A stretch of DNA of 64,000 bases from Balanoglossus misakiensis (taxonomy: Eukaryota > Animalia > Hemichordata), in NCBI GenBank assembly GCA_040954595.2, contig CM082577.2, positions 10,770,537-10,834,536 of the forward strand, in the 5' to 3' direction. Below, piece after piece: positions 63,649 to 64,000 of the stretch. Each line of letters opens with the position of its first letter. Position 1 is the stretch's first letter. The notes under the pieces were generated by a model. The model made no database searches, was not told the DNA's origin, and was given only the letters and a program-made list of their open reading frames with translations. The position numbers and the translations under genes are program-made.

Positions 63649-64000
63649 GTAAGTAATTTGTGTACTGTTTGTACGAAGTAGCGCGTTAGGGAATATTTTG
63701 CGAGCAGTAAATGTACATGTGTAATGTTTATTTCATTGACTAAGATTCCATAGCGAAGGGGTGAGTGTAAAAATGTCAGTAATGTGTAATGTTACTGTCT
63801 GATGTGTATATCGGCCTGCAAATCCAACATTCCTGCAGCGAATATGGTATGCTTTTTGCCAGTGAAATTGGTTTCACGCGTGTATCTTTAAAAACTTTTT
63901 CCAGCTTCTGGTCAATCAAGTGCAAATTTGAATATTTACGTTTACTGATTATCTTTTCTCATTTGTTATACATGTCTGAAATCAATGTATTTAATTTGAC

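Overview
AT-rich, intron-containing animal genomic DNA. The gene and repeat content suggest a marine invertebrate, possibly a deuterostome, but this is inference. I could hand-splice five genes with phase-consistent GT-AG introns (GPANK1 is single-exon): (1) a TEX47/DYBLUF-like BLUF-fold gene (minus, 7 exons visible, 3' end outside the window); (2) head-to-head with it, an intronless GPANK1; (3) a complete 7-exon DHRS3-like retinoid SDR (minus); (4) a 2-exon mucin/somatomedin-B/Cys-rich class-B-like 7TM receptor (minus); (5) the first 17 coding exons of a very large secreted C-type-lectin/EGF/FN3-like protein (plus, runs off the window). There is also an orphan Arg/Gly-rich first exon at ~48 kb. 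Intergenic DNA holds a nested transposon stack at 31.4-38 kb: a LINE interrupted by a near-intact non-coding LTR element and two TTAA-target TIR elements. Also present are a LINE tail carrying a 186-bp tandem array, an ~870-bp palindrome inside a Harbinger-type element, many MITEs and long microsatellites. I see no rRNA, tRNA or CRISPR and cannot establish a new biological system. The best leads are a candidate second promoter/first-exon set for the BLUF-like gene, the very young non-autonomous LTR element, and the orphan receptor and lectin architectures.
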